A stretch of DNA of 64,000 nucleotides from NCBI GenBank assembly GCA_964470035.1, contig CAYYBR010000001.1, positions 8,776 through 72,775 on the forward strand. Reading direction: 5' to 3'. The translations under genes were made by a program, and so were the position numbers. Positions 55,277 through 64,000 of the stretch are shown piece after piece. The notes beneath the pieces were generated by a model. It searched no databases. It had not been told where the DNA came from and was given only the letters and a program-made list of their open reading frames with translations. Source of the DNA: an uncultured Saprospiraceae bacterium (GTDB lineage Bacteria; Bacteroidota; Bacteroidia; Chitinophagales; Saprospiraceae). Position 1 is the first letter of the stretch. Each line of letters starts with the position of its first letter.

Positions 55277-55869
55277 TTGTGCTTACCGATAGACCATCCT
55301 TTATGTCCAAGTAGCTGATCGCCATCTTGAGCTGCTGGCCCCTCGAGTTGTGTACCCATGCTGTCGTTCCATCTGTTGAGGTATCCGAAAAGTGCGATAA
55401 CACCTAAGATCTCAACTATTTCTCCTTCGTCCCAATGTTCTCTCATCTTTTGAGATATTTCATCTGTGACCGCATTAGGGACATTGGATGCTGCTATAGC
55501 TAAATCAAAAGCTGCTCTTTCAGCTTCAGAAAAAGCCGAATACGTCTTGTAGTCCCATATGTGCTGAAGTTTATCTTCCTCTGAACCATATCTTACAGCT
55601 GCCCTTATCGCATGTGCTTCACAATATCTGCACCCTGTTGTCATACTGGATAGATAAGCGATCTGTCGCTTGAGGGCGCTGGTGACACGGCCTTTGTTTT
55701 CCATGACGGCCTGATTCATCTCTACAAAAGCAGAAGCTATCCTTGGCCTATGCATCATCGTGAATAGGCTATTAGGAGTAAACCCGAGGGTCTCCTCATA
55801 GAAGTCAGCCATTTTCGCTGCTTGTGGTGTAGCATCTCTGTTCAGCGGTTTTACTAGTGGTTCTTTCAT
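55270..55869 (-). CDS. Carboxymuconolactone decarboxylase / AhpD-like peroxidase-related protein
   Basis: 199 aa. CRYCEAH redox motif in an AhpD-like helical context. Confidence 0.7.
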   Translation of the reverse strand: MKEPLVKPLNRDATPQAAKMADFYEETLGFTPNSLFTMMHRPRIASAFVEMNQAVMENKGRVTSALKRQIAYLSSMTTGCRYCEAHAIRAAVRYGSEEDKLQHIWDYKTYSAFSEAERAAFDLAIAASNVPNAVTDEISQKMREHWDEGEIVEILGVIALFGYLNRWNDSMGTQLEGPAAQDGDQLLGHKGWSIGKHNY

Positions 55870-55921
55870 ATTTCTTTACATTCAGTCTTACGGCAAACAT
55901 ATAAGTTTTCAGGAAGGGGGT

Positions 55922-55929
55922 TACATTTG
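55922..55929 (+). promoter_or_regulatory. -7 promoter box TACATTTG
   Basis: Exact TAnnTTTG match, 23 nt upstream of ATG 55953. Confidence 0.4.
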
Positions 55930-55952
55930 TCGTCATATACCGTTATAAGAAT

Positions 55953-56765
55953 ATGAAAAAAGTTGTACACTCGATAACAATGCTCGCCGTCGCTATATCT
56001 ATGATTAGCTGCGGAGGAAATGAGCCAGCCATATCTAGCGAGCAGGCCTTACAAGAGGTCTTTGCCGCATTTGGCAACAATCCAGAATTTGATGAAACTG
56101 GTTTCTATTTTGAAGTCCTGAATCAAGGTAATGGAGAACCTGTTTCAACTGATGGCTTTGGACTAGTAAGTCAGATATCCTATAATGCCGACGGAACCGT
56201 ATTAGGTACTACGGGCTCTTTGCCAGCCGCTGTAACTATCGGAACACAATCTGGAGCCATAAGAGAAAGCTTAATAAAACTCAACATAGGAGGATCTATA
56301 AGAGTGTTTGTGCCAGCAACTACGGGTAACGCAGGACAAACTGCTGTATTTGATTTAACTGCAGAAAGGGTATTTGAAGATGTAGAAGACTTTAATACCA
56401 CAGTGATCGAAGAGTTTGCAGATGGCGAAAAATTAGAAACACAGATCTCTGATGAAGGCCTCTACTACACTATAGATGATGCAGGTGAAGGAGATAATCC
56501 TGGTCCTAGCTCTCGAGTTTCTGTTATCTACGAAGGATTTCACCTGAATGGCGATGTTTTTGATTCGAGTAATGGAAGTCCCATAACATTTGGATTGAAC
56601 CAGGTTATACGAGGATGGACACTTGGCATACCATTGTATAAGCCAGGAGGGAACGGCATGCTTATCATTCCTTCTTCATTAGCATATGGTCAGAATGGAA
56701 ATAGAGGTATACCTCCTAACTATCCTATCGCATTCACGGTAGAGCTAGTAGAGGTGGTGCAATAA
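55953..56765 (+). CDS. FKBP-type peptidyl-prolyl cis-trans isomerase lipoprotein
   Basis: 270 aa. Lipobox MISCGG and a C-terminal FKBP domain (YEGFHLNGDVFDSS...GLNQVIRGW...PSSLAYG). Confidence 0.8.
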   Translation: MKKVVHSITMLAVAISMISCGGNEPAISSEQALQEVFAAFGNNPEFDETGFYFEVLNQGNGEPVSTDGFGLVSQISYNADGTVLGTTGSLPAAVTIGTQSGAIRESLIKLNIGGSIRVFVPATTGNAGQTAVFDLTAERVFEDVEDFNTTVIEEFADGEKLETQISDEGLYYTIDDAGEGDNPGPSSRVSVIYEGFHLNGDVFDSSNGSPITFGLNQVIRGWTLGIPLYKPGGNGMLIIPSSLAYGQNGNRGIPPNYPIAFTVELVEVVQ

Positions 56766-56852
56766 CATTGCATTCACGATATTTTCTCTTTGCTCGCTTA
56801 GACTAGTAGAAAGTAGTGGTATCTTCGCGTACTACTAAAAATCACGCTATAC

Positions 56853-57395
56853 TTGACTACGCGCGAATATTTCGATGCATTTCTCAGCCAGTGTTTTGAC
56901 GTTTTTCTAAAGAAGAATGCTGATTATGGAACTTCTTGGCGCGTATTGCGTCCAGCGTCCATAACTGATCAAATATTGATCAAGATTTCTAGGCTCAGAT
57001 CCATAGATGAGAAAGGCCAACAAAAGGTTAATGATCCCATAGAAGGAGAATTTTATGGGTTGATCAACTATTCTATTATGGCTTTGATACAACTAGATCG
57101 AGGTTCGAATGTTGATACGGAGATGCCCTTAGAAGCGCTAGAATCAGAATATAAGAATCAAGTAGGGATAGCACGAAGTCTTCTTGATAAGAAGAATCAC
57201 GACTATGGAGAGGCGTGGAAGATGATGAGGTTATCTAGTATCATAGATATCATCTTGATGAAAGTACATCGTATGAAGAGTATAGAGGAAAATCAAGGTA
57301 AAACTTTGATCTCTGAAGGTCTAGATGCTAATTATCTCGATATAATTAACTACTGTGTTTTTGGTCTTGTTAAGTTATCCGAAAGTAAAAAGTAA
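56853..57395 (+). CDS. DUF1599 domain protein (two tandem copies)
   Basis: 180 aa. The internal duplication KNADYGTSWRVLR.. / KNHDYGEAWKMMR.. is typical of DUF1599. TTG start. Confidence 0.65.
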   Translation: MTTREYFDAFLSQCFDVFLKKNADYGTSWRVLRPASITDQILIKISRLRSIDEKGQQKVNDPIEGEFYGLINYSIMALIQLDRGSNVDTEMPLEALESEYKNQVGIARSLLDKKNHDYGEAWKMMRLSSIIDIILMKVHRMKSIEENQGKTLISEGLDANYLDIINYCVFGLVKLSESKK

Positions 57396-57398
57396 GAA

Positions 57399-58880
57399 AT
57401 GACACTAGGTACTATCGTAGCTATGGTGGCTATCGCTGCTGTGGTGTTTACAGTATTAACATGGTTAGTCCTTAAGCAACAAAAATCTCTGATCATGTCA
57501 TATGCTCAGAATTTCTGTGGTGGGTTTTTCATCTTTTCAGGGATGGTCAAGGCTGTTGACCCTTTAGGACTAGCCTATAAGATGGAACAGTACTTTGAGC
57601 AGTTCGAGTTTGTGTTTGATGGCACGTGGTTTAGTTTCATGTCATCCTTGTTTCCCATCCTCACGGATTATGCAAGTGGATTATCCGTCTTTATCATCGT
57701 CTTTGAGATCGTACTAGGTATCATGTTGATCATGGGACATCGACCCAAGTTTACATCATGGTCCTTCTTAGGGCTAGTTGTCTTTTTTACGGTTTTGACA
57801 GGATTTACCTTTTTGACAGGGTATGTTCCTAGCGACGGCGCCTTTTTTAACTTTAGTTCTTGGGGTGCGTATGACTCTTCTAATATGAAGGTTACCGACT
57901 GCGGCTGCTTTGGAGACTTTTTAAAGTTGGAACCGAAGGTGTCCTTCCAGAAGGATTTATTCTTATTAATTCCTGCGTTATTTTTCATATTCAGATCAAA
58001 GACGATGCACCACATTGGATCTTCTCTCTTGAGAAATCTGGTCACGGTGATTGCGACATTAGGACTCCTTTACTTTTGCCTCAGCAATTTTGTATGGGAC
58101 ATCCCTGACAATGATTTCCGTCCTTTCAAGAAAGGTGCTGATATCGCTAGTCAGAAGAAAGCTGAAGAAGATGCAGCGGCTAATGTGCAGGTACTTGGTG
58201 TTAATCTTACTAACAAGAGCTCAAACGAAAGGGTAGAGATCGATTATAATACCTATTTGGCCACATTTAAAGACTATCCAAAGGAAGCATGGTCTGTGGA
58301 CTACGTGCAGTCAGAGCCAACAGTGGAGCATACAAAGATCAGTGAGTTTGATGTAGTTGATGCAGATGGTGCCAGTCTTAATGATCAGATACTGGGTTCT
58401 TCTGGACCGCTCTTTTTGATAGTAGCATACGAGATATATGGTGATGCGAGTCCTAGCACGCGGATCGTCAGAGATACGACATATACGCTGGATACGATCT
58501 ATGGATCGGATCAGAGTGTCAATATAGAGCGATCTATACTCGGTGTAGATGAGAGAACAGAGGAGTATGTCGACTATCTTTGGAAGGATTTCTATACGAA
58601 GAGGTACGAAGAAGTGGTGTCTCCATTTATCAGAGAGGCAAGGGCAGATGGTATACCAGGTTATATAGCTGTGGGAGCCGATGCGACTCAGATAGCTGAC
58701 TTTATCGATGACATGGATCTTGATATCATAGGAGGAGAGTCAGATGACATATTGCTAAAAACCATCGTTCGATCTAACCCTGGTGTCGTCTTATTTGATA
58801 AAGGCCTGTTAGTAGACAAATGGCACTATAAACAATTGCCAGATTATGGTGTCGTTAAATCTCAACATCTCGACAAGTAG
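57399..58880 (+). CDS. Polytopic membrane protein (DoxX/BT_3928-like) with a soluble C-terminal domain
   Basis: 493 aa. About six N-terminal TM helices including a DCGCFG motif. The conserved DUF1599 neighbour supports it. Family call is from memory. Confidence 0.5.
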   Translation: MTLGTIVAMVAIAAVVFTVLTWLVLKQQKSLIMSYAQNFCGGFFIFSGMVKAVDPLGLAYKMEQYFEQFEFVFDGTWFSFMSSLFPILTDYASGLSVFIIVFEIVLGIMLIMGHRPKFTSWSFLGLVVFFTVLTGFTFLTGYVPSDGAFFNFSSWGAYDSSNMKVTDCGCFGDFLKLEPKVSFQKDLFLLIPALFFIFRSKTMHHIGSSLLRNLVTVIATLGLLYFCLSNFVWDIPDNDFRPFKKGADIASQKKAEEDAAANVQVLGVNLTNKSSNERVEIDYNTYLATFKDYPKEAWSVDYVQSEPTVEHTKISEFDVVDADGASLNDQILGSSGPLFLIVAYEIYGDASPSTRIVRDTTYTLDTIYGSDQSVNIERSILGVDERTEEYVDYLWKDFYTKRYEEVVSPFIREARADGIPGYIAVGADATQIADFIDDMDLDIIGGESDDILLKTIVRSNPGVVLFDKGLLVDKWHYKQLPDYGVVKSQHLDK

Positions 58881-58895
58881 TGTGAGATAATATTA

Positions 58896-58903
58896 TACCT
58901 TTG
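58896..58903 (+). promoter_or_regulatory. -7 promoter box TACCTTTG
   Basis: Exact TAnnTTTG match, 29 nt upstream of ATG 58933. Confidence 0.4.
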
Positions 58904-58932
58904 AATCATATATTATTAGTTGAAATATATAA

Positions 58933-59865
58933 ATGCTTAGCAGAAGGAGCGTACGCATAAAAGCCATGCAACTGCTCTTCTCAGTAAACCGAGACGAGCA
59001 GCTAGACCTAGAGGAGGCGAAGAAAAGATATTGGACTTCGATAGAAGACACCTATCGTTTGTATATTCTTAACCTGATGGTGATCGTCAGGGTCGCTAAG
59101 ACGGCATCTGATGATATGTCTAAGCGAAGCGTCAAAAGACTTCCTACAGACGCTGATAAAATCTTTACAGACAAACTCTATAACAATAGTTTAATCAAGA
59201 ATCTTGAGCTGAACAAAGAGCTGCTCAAGACTGCTAAGTCATTGGGATTCACGGAGACACTCAATGAAGACTATTGCACTAAGATCTACTATGAGTTCTT
59301 AAAGAATGAAGTTTATATAAACTATCTGACTAAGGATAGTACTAATGAAGATCACCTCGAAGTACTCTTGGAGCTGTATAGATTCTGCCGGCAGAATGAA
59401 CTCTTCAATGAGATCATGGAGGATCACTACGGTACGTGGCAGGATGATAAGAGTGTAGTGGTAGGATCGGTGAAAAAGACACTGAAGAGACTACCTGAGG
59501 TCAGTGATAAGTTTATCAAGGATTATCATCCAGCAGATGAGACTGTTAATGAATTTGGATTTCAGCTACTCGTGAGGACCCTAGAGGGAGACAAAGCACT
59601 CCACGAACTTATCGAACCGACATTAAAGAACTGGGATAGTGAGCGTCTTGCGATCATCGATATGATACTGCTTAAGATGGCGACTTGCGAGTTCACCGGT
59701 TTTGAGAGTATACCTACCAAGGTGACTGTCAATGAATACATAGATATAGCCAAAAATTATAGTACTGCAAAGAGTAAAGACTTCATCAATGGTGTTTTAG
59801 ATCGCATCATGAAAGATCTACAAGAAGCTGGCTCTATCAAAAAAACCGGTCGAGGTCTAGACTAA
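58933..59865 (+). CDS. nusB: Transcription antitermination factor NusB (long Bacteroidota form)
   Basis: 310 aa. N-terminal [14 protein letters not shown], and a C-terminal NusB core ([38 protein letters not shown]). Confidence 0.8.
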   Translation: MLSRRSVRIKAMQLLFSVNRDEQLDLEEAKKRYWTSIEDTYRLYILNLMVIVRVAKTASDDMSKRSVKRLPTDADKIFTDKLYNNSLIKNLELNKELLKTAKSLGFTETLNEDYCTKIYYEFLKNEVYINYLTKDSTNEDHLEVLLELYRFCRQNELFNEIMEDHYGTWQDDKSVVVGSVKKTLKRLPEVSDKFIKDYHPADETVNEFGFQLLVRTLEGDKALHELIEPTLKNWDSERLAIIDMILLKMATCEFTGFESIPTKVTVNEYIDIAKNYSTAKSKDFINGVLDRIMKDLQEAGSIKKTGRGLD

Positions 59866-61406
59866 TGTCAAATGCTCCCGATGTCATACAGATCCTGGAT
59901 TTTGGATCTCAGTATACTCAGCTGATCGCAAGGAGGGTCAGAGAACTCCACACTTACTGTGAGATTCGTCCATATAACACAGATCTGTCTCATCTTGATG
60001 GGGCCAAGGGCATCATCCTTTCTGGCAGTCCCTGCAGCGTAAATGGAGAAGAAAGACTCGATATAGATGTCAAGCATCTCAGTACGATCGCACCGATCCT
60101 AGGCGTCTGCTATGGAGCTCAGTATATCGCTGATATATATGGCGGTAAGGTAGCGAGGTCCGAGAAGAGAGAATATGGAAAGGCCATGGTCTCCGTCGAT
60201 GATACGCATGTCTTATTTACGGAAGTGTCATCAGAAAGCCAGATGTGGATGTCACATGCTGATACCATCCTCGAGCTAGGTGATGGGTTCAAGCCGATCG
60301 GCAAAACGGCTAACATACCGTATGCGGCTTTTGCCTACGATGGAGAGCAGCATCCGCTATATGGGATACAGTTTCATCCAGAGGTAACGCATAGTCTAGA
60401 AGGTTCGAAGGTCTTAGAGAACTTTATAACCAAGGTATGTGGCGTACGACAAGGCTGGTCCTCGGCATCTTTCATAGATCAAGCTGTCGATGAGATAAGA
60501 TCGAAGGTAGGTAGCGATCAGGTCCTACTAGGTATCTCGGGAGGGGTGGACTCGACCGTCGCGGCTATGCTCATCCACAAGGCTATCGGTGATCAGCTCA
60601 CTAGCTTTTTTATCAATAATGGACTACTCAGAAAGGGCGAGTTCGAGGAAGTACTTGACTCCTATCAAGAGCTCGGTCTCAATGTCAATGGCATCGATGC
60701 GAGCCAAGACTTTTTGACTGCTTTGGATGGTATCTCAGATCCGGAGCGCAAGCGCAAGATCATCGGTAAGACTTTTATAGATGTCTTCCTCAAAGAAGCA
60801 GAGGAGTTGCCTGACGTGAGGTGGTTAGCGCAGGGTACGATCTATCCTGATGTGATCGAATCTGTGAGTGTGAAAGGTCCATCTGCGACTATCAAATCTC
60901 ATCACAACGTAGGAGGCTTACCTGACTATCTGGATCTCGATCTTCTAGAACCCCTGCGCATGTTATTCAAGGACGAAGTGCGCAAGGTAGGTAACGCCTT
61001 AGGCCTGCCATCCACTTTCGTAAATAGGCACCCTTTTCCAGGACCAGGGCTGGCCATCCGAGTACTCGGAGAGATATCAGAAGAGAAAGTAAGACTCTGT
61101 CAGGAGGCAGATAAGATATATATCGACTTGCTCAGGAAGCACGGATGGTATGACAAGGTATGGCAAGCAGCGACCATCCTCTTGCCAGTCAAGAGTGTAG
61201 GTGTCATGGGAGATGAGAGAACTTATGAGTATACTTGTGCTATACGAGCAGTAAATTCGAAAGATGGCATGACGGCAGAATGGACTAAATTGCCTTATGA
61301 ACTGCTCGCTGAGATATCTAATGAAATTATCAACTCAGTAAAAGGAATCAATAGGGTAGTCTATGATATCAGTACTAAACCACCTGCTACGATCGAGTGG
61401 GAGTAG
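59865..61406 (+). CDS. guaA: GMP synthase (glutamine-hydrolysing)
   Basis: 513 aa. GATase domain (GVCYGAQ, HPE), PP-loop SGGVDS and a C-terminal dimerisation domain ending TIEWE. Confidence 0.95.
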   Translation: MSNAPDVIQILDFGSQYTQLIARRVRELHTYCEIRPYNTDLSHLDGAKGIILSGSPCSVNGEERLDIDVKHLSTIAPILGVCYGAQYIADIYGGKVARSEKREYGKAMVSVDDTHVLFTEVSSESQMWMSHADTILELGDGFKPIGKTANIPYAAFAYDGEQHPLYGIQFHPEVTHSLEGSKVLENFITKVCGVRQGWSSASFIDQAVDEIRSKVGSDQVLLGISGGVDSTVAAMLIHKAIGDQLTSFFINNGLLRKGEFEEVLDSYQELGLNVNGIDASQDFLTALDGISDPERKRKIIGKTFIDVFLKEAEELPDVRWLAQGTIYPDVIESVSVKGPSATIKSHHNVGGLPDYLDLDLLEPLRMLFKDEVRKVGNALGLPSTFVNRHPFPGPGLAIRVLGEISEEKVRLCQEADKIYIDLLRKHGWYDKVWQAATILLPVKSVGVMGDERTYEYTCAIRAVNSKDGMTAEWTKLPYELLAEISNEIINSVKGINRVVYDISTKPPATIEWE

Positions 61407-62730
61407 CCTTTTGATCTTTGCATGTCTCCTGTACATCTCTTGTTCTCCGACAACATCGTCGACTGCGAGGACTAATGTGATAAAAAAAGATAAGCCGACT
61501 CCACGTCAAGAGGAGGAAGAAGTCATCCAAGTCGATACTATACAGTGGACATGGGCTGATGATGAAGTATATCCGCCGATCACTACTTCTGGAGAAGTGG
61601 CGTCATATGCACTAGAGAATATCACTAAGGATCAATACGAGATCGCACTACTACTACCCCTGCGACTAGAGCAGGATATCCCTAATCTCGATAGAAATAA
61701 TAAAAAGTTTGCTGACTTCTATGCTGGTCTGAAGATGGCAGCAACAGAAGCACGAGATCTCAATGCCAACGTAACGGTATACTATACTAACCGCGATATG
61801 GTCCAGCTAGAAGAGATCTTGTCGTCGTGGAGATTTAGTAAGCCCGATGTGATCATCGCTTCATACGAAAGAGAGCTAATCAAGAGGACGGCAGACTACG
61901 GATTAGAAAACCGTATCCCTGTGATCAGTCCATGGTTGTCGAGTACTTCGATAGCTGATGAAAATCTCTTTTATCTACAGATGCGGCCGAGTATCGATGA
62001 GTACTATGAGGCGATCCTGGATCAAGTAGACAGCAACTTTAAGAAAGATGAAGTCCGCCTCATCCAGCGCGCTGATGGCTCCGATAAAGCCAAGACCATG
62101 GTTCTTCATCGGTTACAAGAAGAACGCTCAGCAAGCCCCATAGTATCACCATATGAGACCGCAGACATAGTGATAGACTCGCTGATGGATGCTGAGGCCA
62201 ATGTATTTGATACACTTCTTACACAGGGAGTAAAGGCATTTGTCTTGCCTAACTATAGCTCTCGTGATGATAGATATGTCTATACCTGTCTTCGTAAGAT
62301 GTATGGAGAAAAGTTAGGACGAGAACTGACCGTATATACGATGCCGATCGCTATCAGATCTGATCGGGTAGATATCAATATCTTGAAAAACCTAGATATC
62401 AGAACTCCGGAGTTTAGATTTCCGGACTTTCAGCGGGCAGAAGTACAAGCTTTTAGGAAGGCCTACCTAGGGCAACATGGGAGGCTGCCATCAGAAGATG
62501 CATTTTATGGCTATGATATGATGCTTTTGCTTTCTCATGGCTTGGCGAACTATGGTCAGAACTTTCATTACTTCATGGCAGGTGAGCAATTAGAGCTCCT
62601 ACAGATGAAGGTGCATATCTCACCATATTATAAAGAAGAAGGTCAAGAAAGACCTAACTACATGGCTAATGATCACCTATACATCATCGAGTATATCCGT
62701 GATCACTTTGAACTCTCTGATAGACTGTGA
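61363..62730 (+). CDS. Periplasmic-binding-protein-like (type I PBP fold) lipoprotein
   Basis: 455 aa. Lipobox YISCS, with alternating beta-alpha pattern. The 44-nt overlap with guaA suggests a later start (TTG 61411). Confidence 0.45.
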   Translation: MISVLNHLLRSSGSSLLIFACLLYISCSPTTSSTARTNVIKKDKPTPRQEEEEVIQVDTIQWTWADDEVYPPITTSGEVASYALENITKDQYEIALLLPLRLEQDIPNLDRNNKKFADFYAGLKMAATEARDLNANVTVYYTNRDMVQLEEILSSWRFSKPDVIIASYERELIKRTADYGLENRIPVISPWLSSTSIADENLFYLQMRPSIDEYYEAILDQVDSNFKKDEVRLIQRADGSDKAKTMVLHRLQEERSASPIVSPYETADIVIDSLMDAEANVFDTLLTQGVKAFVLPNYSSRDDRYVYTCLRKMYGEKLGRELTVYTMPIAIRSDRVDINILKNLDIRTPEFRFPDFQRAEVQAFRKAYLGQHGRLPSEDAFYGYDMMLLLSHGLANYGQNFHYFMAGEQLELLQMKVHISPYYKEEGQERPNYMANDHLYIIEYIRDHFELSDRL

Positions 62731-63350
62731 TCGACATCACAGAAGAACGATTAGAGAGATTTAAAAAAGTCATCGGTGCTAGACAGCTAGATCTCACAAT
62801 TATCTTAGAGGACGTCCACGATCCTCATAATATAGGTGCAGTCCTACGGACTTGTGACTCTGTGGGCATCCATGAGATCTATGTGATCTATAATGATCCT
62901 AGACTACAAGAAAGAGGAGTTACTGTCGGTCATAAGAGTGCCTCTGGTGCCAAACAGTGGATAGATATCCACTACTTTGAAGATGTCGATGTTTGCATAC
63001 AAGAGGTACGCTCTAAATACAGCACGATCTATGGTACCCACCTCGATCAGCAGGCTCAAAATCTCTATGATCTCGATCTGTCAGCATCTTGTGCACTTGC
63101 CTTTGGCAATGAACATGCAGGGCTTTCTGCAGCCCTCACGCAGCATCTCGACGCTAACTTCGTCATCCCACAACACGGATTTGTAAAGAGCTTAAATATC
63201 TCAGTAGCGTGTGCAGTAAGTCTCTATGAGGCACAAAGACAGCGCTTAGTACATGACAAGTACCAAGGTAACTTTGGTACTCGGGATATACACCATGAGA
63301 TGCTAGCGAACTATCGCGAGACGCACACTAACAAGAAGATACCGAAGTAG
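62727..63350 (+). CDS. SpoU/TrmH family RNA 2'-O-methyltransferase
   Basis: 207 aa. HDPHNIGAVLRTCDSVG, FGNEHAGLS and SLNISVACAV motifs. Confidence 0.8.
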   Translation: MIDITEERLERFKKVIGARQLDLTIILEDVHDPHNIGAVLRTCDSVGIHEIYVIYNDPRLQERGVTVGHKSASGAKQWIDIHYFEDVDVCIQEVRSKYSTIYGTHLDQQAQNLYDLDLSASCALAFGNEHAGLSAALTQHLDANFVIPQHGFVKSLNISVACAVSLYEAQRQRLVHDKYQGNFGTRDIHHEMLANYRETHTNKKIPK

Positions 63351-63368
63351 TTTTTCTTACCAGCTGTG

Positions 63369-64000
63369 TTAGAAGTCGAGTAACTCTAGATTAGGATAGA
63401 ATGTCCCCCAAGAGAACCAATACCCCATGAACTGCGGGTATAACTCTAGCGCTGGTCCACTGCCATCCATCGTCGTGCCTAGTATGTCGTATCTCACGCC
63501 AGTATCATCCTGAAAGATCGCTGGAAAATCAGCATCAGATAGTGCTTCATACGTTCTGCCTATTTCTGGGCGAAAAGCAACGATAAAGTTTCTCAGGGTG
63601 TTACCGACTGCGATCACGTCATCTGCACCTCGAGTATACGCCATCATCTGGTTGCCCGGGCCTTGTGGGAAGGCTATAGACATCCATTCGTCATTGACTT
63701 CGAGGCCTAGGACTCTGGTCTTTGGATGGAGCCGATTATCATCTCTATCTATAGGAAATATGGTCTGAGCACTCGTGCGATAATCACCATATGGATATAT
63801 CAGATAGTTGCGATTGAATCCAGTGTTTTCATTGAGGACTTCGCTATCTGGATACGCTAGTTTCCAAGTAGCCCATGACATCTCAACGAATGAATGCAAC
63901 TCGGCCTTTGTGCCGATCAGTTCACCATTCACACAATCTAGTCTTTGTTGTGACCATGTACTACCGGTGTTGCGATCATATGGCATCAGATTAGTGTTAA
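63369..64000 (-). CDS. DUF3179 domain protein, C-terminal part (5' end beyond the window)
   Basis: Frame is open to the window edge. YDRNTGSTWSQ ... and the C-terminal WFSWGTFYP pattern are typical of DUF3179. Confidence 0.6.
   Translation of the reverse strand, partial: NTNLMPYDRNTGSTWSQQRLDCVNGELIGTKAELHSFVEMSWATWKLAYPDSEVLNENTGFNRNYLIYPYGDYRTSAQTIFPIDRDDNRLHPKTRVLGLEVNDEWMSIAFPQGPGNQMMAYTRGADDVIAVGNTLRNFIVAFRPEIGRTYEALSDADFPAIFQDDTGVRYDILGTTMDGSGPALELYPQFMGYWFSWGTFYPNLELLDF

Noticed and set aside
1-64000. Search for mobile elements, prophage, integrative islands or toxin-antitoxin pairs
   Set aside because: No transposase, integrase, recombinase, phage structural or TA-like translations appear in any frame. 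The only hint is the weak tRNA-His scar reported as a low-interest finding.

Overview
This 64-kb window looks like ordinary chromosome from a Bacteroidota (Flavobacteriia/Cytophagia-like) genome. The lineage call rests on gliding-motility genes (gldC, then gldA-gldF-gldG), an ECF sigma/FecR/STN-TonB receptor/DUF4249 module, the ftsX-DUF3098-uppP-truB block, a long NusB, and several exact TAnnTTTG -7 promoter boxes. About 60 protein genes are supported, mostly housekeeping (smc, guaA, ribD, hemF, fsa, truB, uppP, nusB, cysteine desulfurase). There is one tRNA-His. There is also one RNA gene the ORF track cannot show, a probable SRP/4.5S RNA at about 12001-12100. I saw no transposase, integrase, CRISPR array or recognisable defence or toxin-antitoxin module. 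The most unusual stretch is 29.3-38.9 kb. It holds a eukaryote-like sterol-reductase (ERG4/ERG24) plus 17beta-HSD-like SDR operon. Divergent from that is a cluster of LuxR-solo, two tandem TPR-histidine kinases, a 17-residue-repeat beta-helix-like secreted protein, a NarL-type response regulator and an AT-rich alpha/beta hydrolase. Four copies of a locus-specific motif, GAATTCATAT, sit in the intergenic regions of that cluster. Other points are a thiolase gene broken by a 1-nt frameshift, two adjacent U-U mismatches in the tRNA-His acceptor stem, an orphan terminator that may mark an sRNA or leader, in-frame tandem repeats in an OmpA/DUF937 protein, and two apparently leaderless genes. All family assignments come from reading the translations against remembered family signatures. 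No searches were run.
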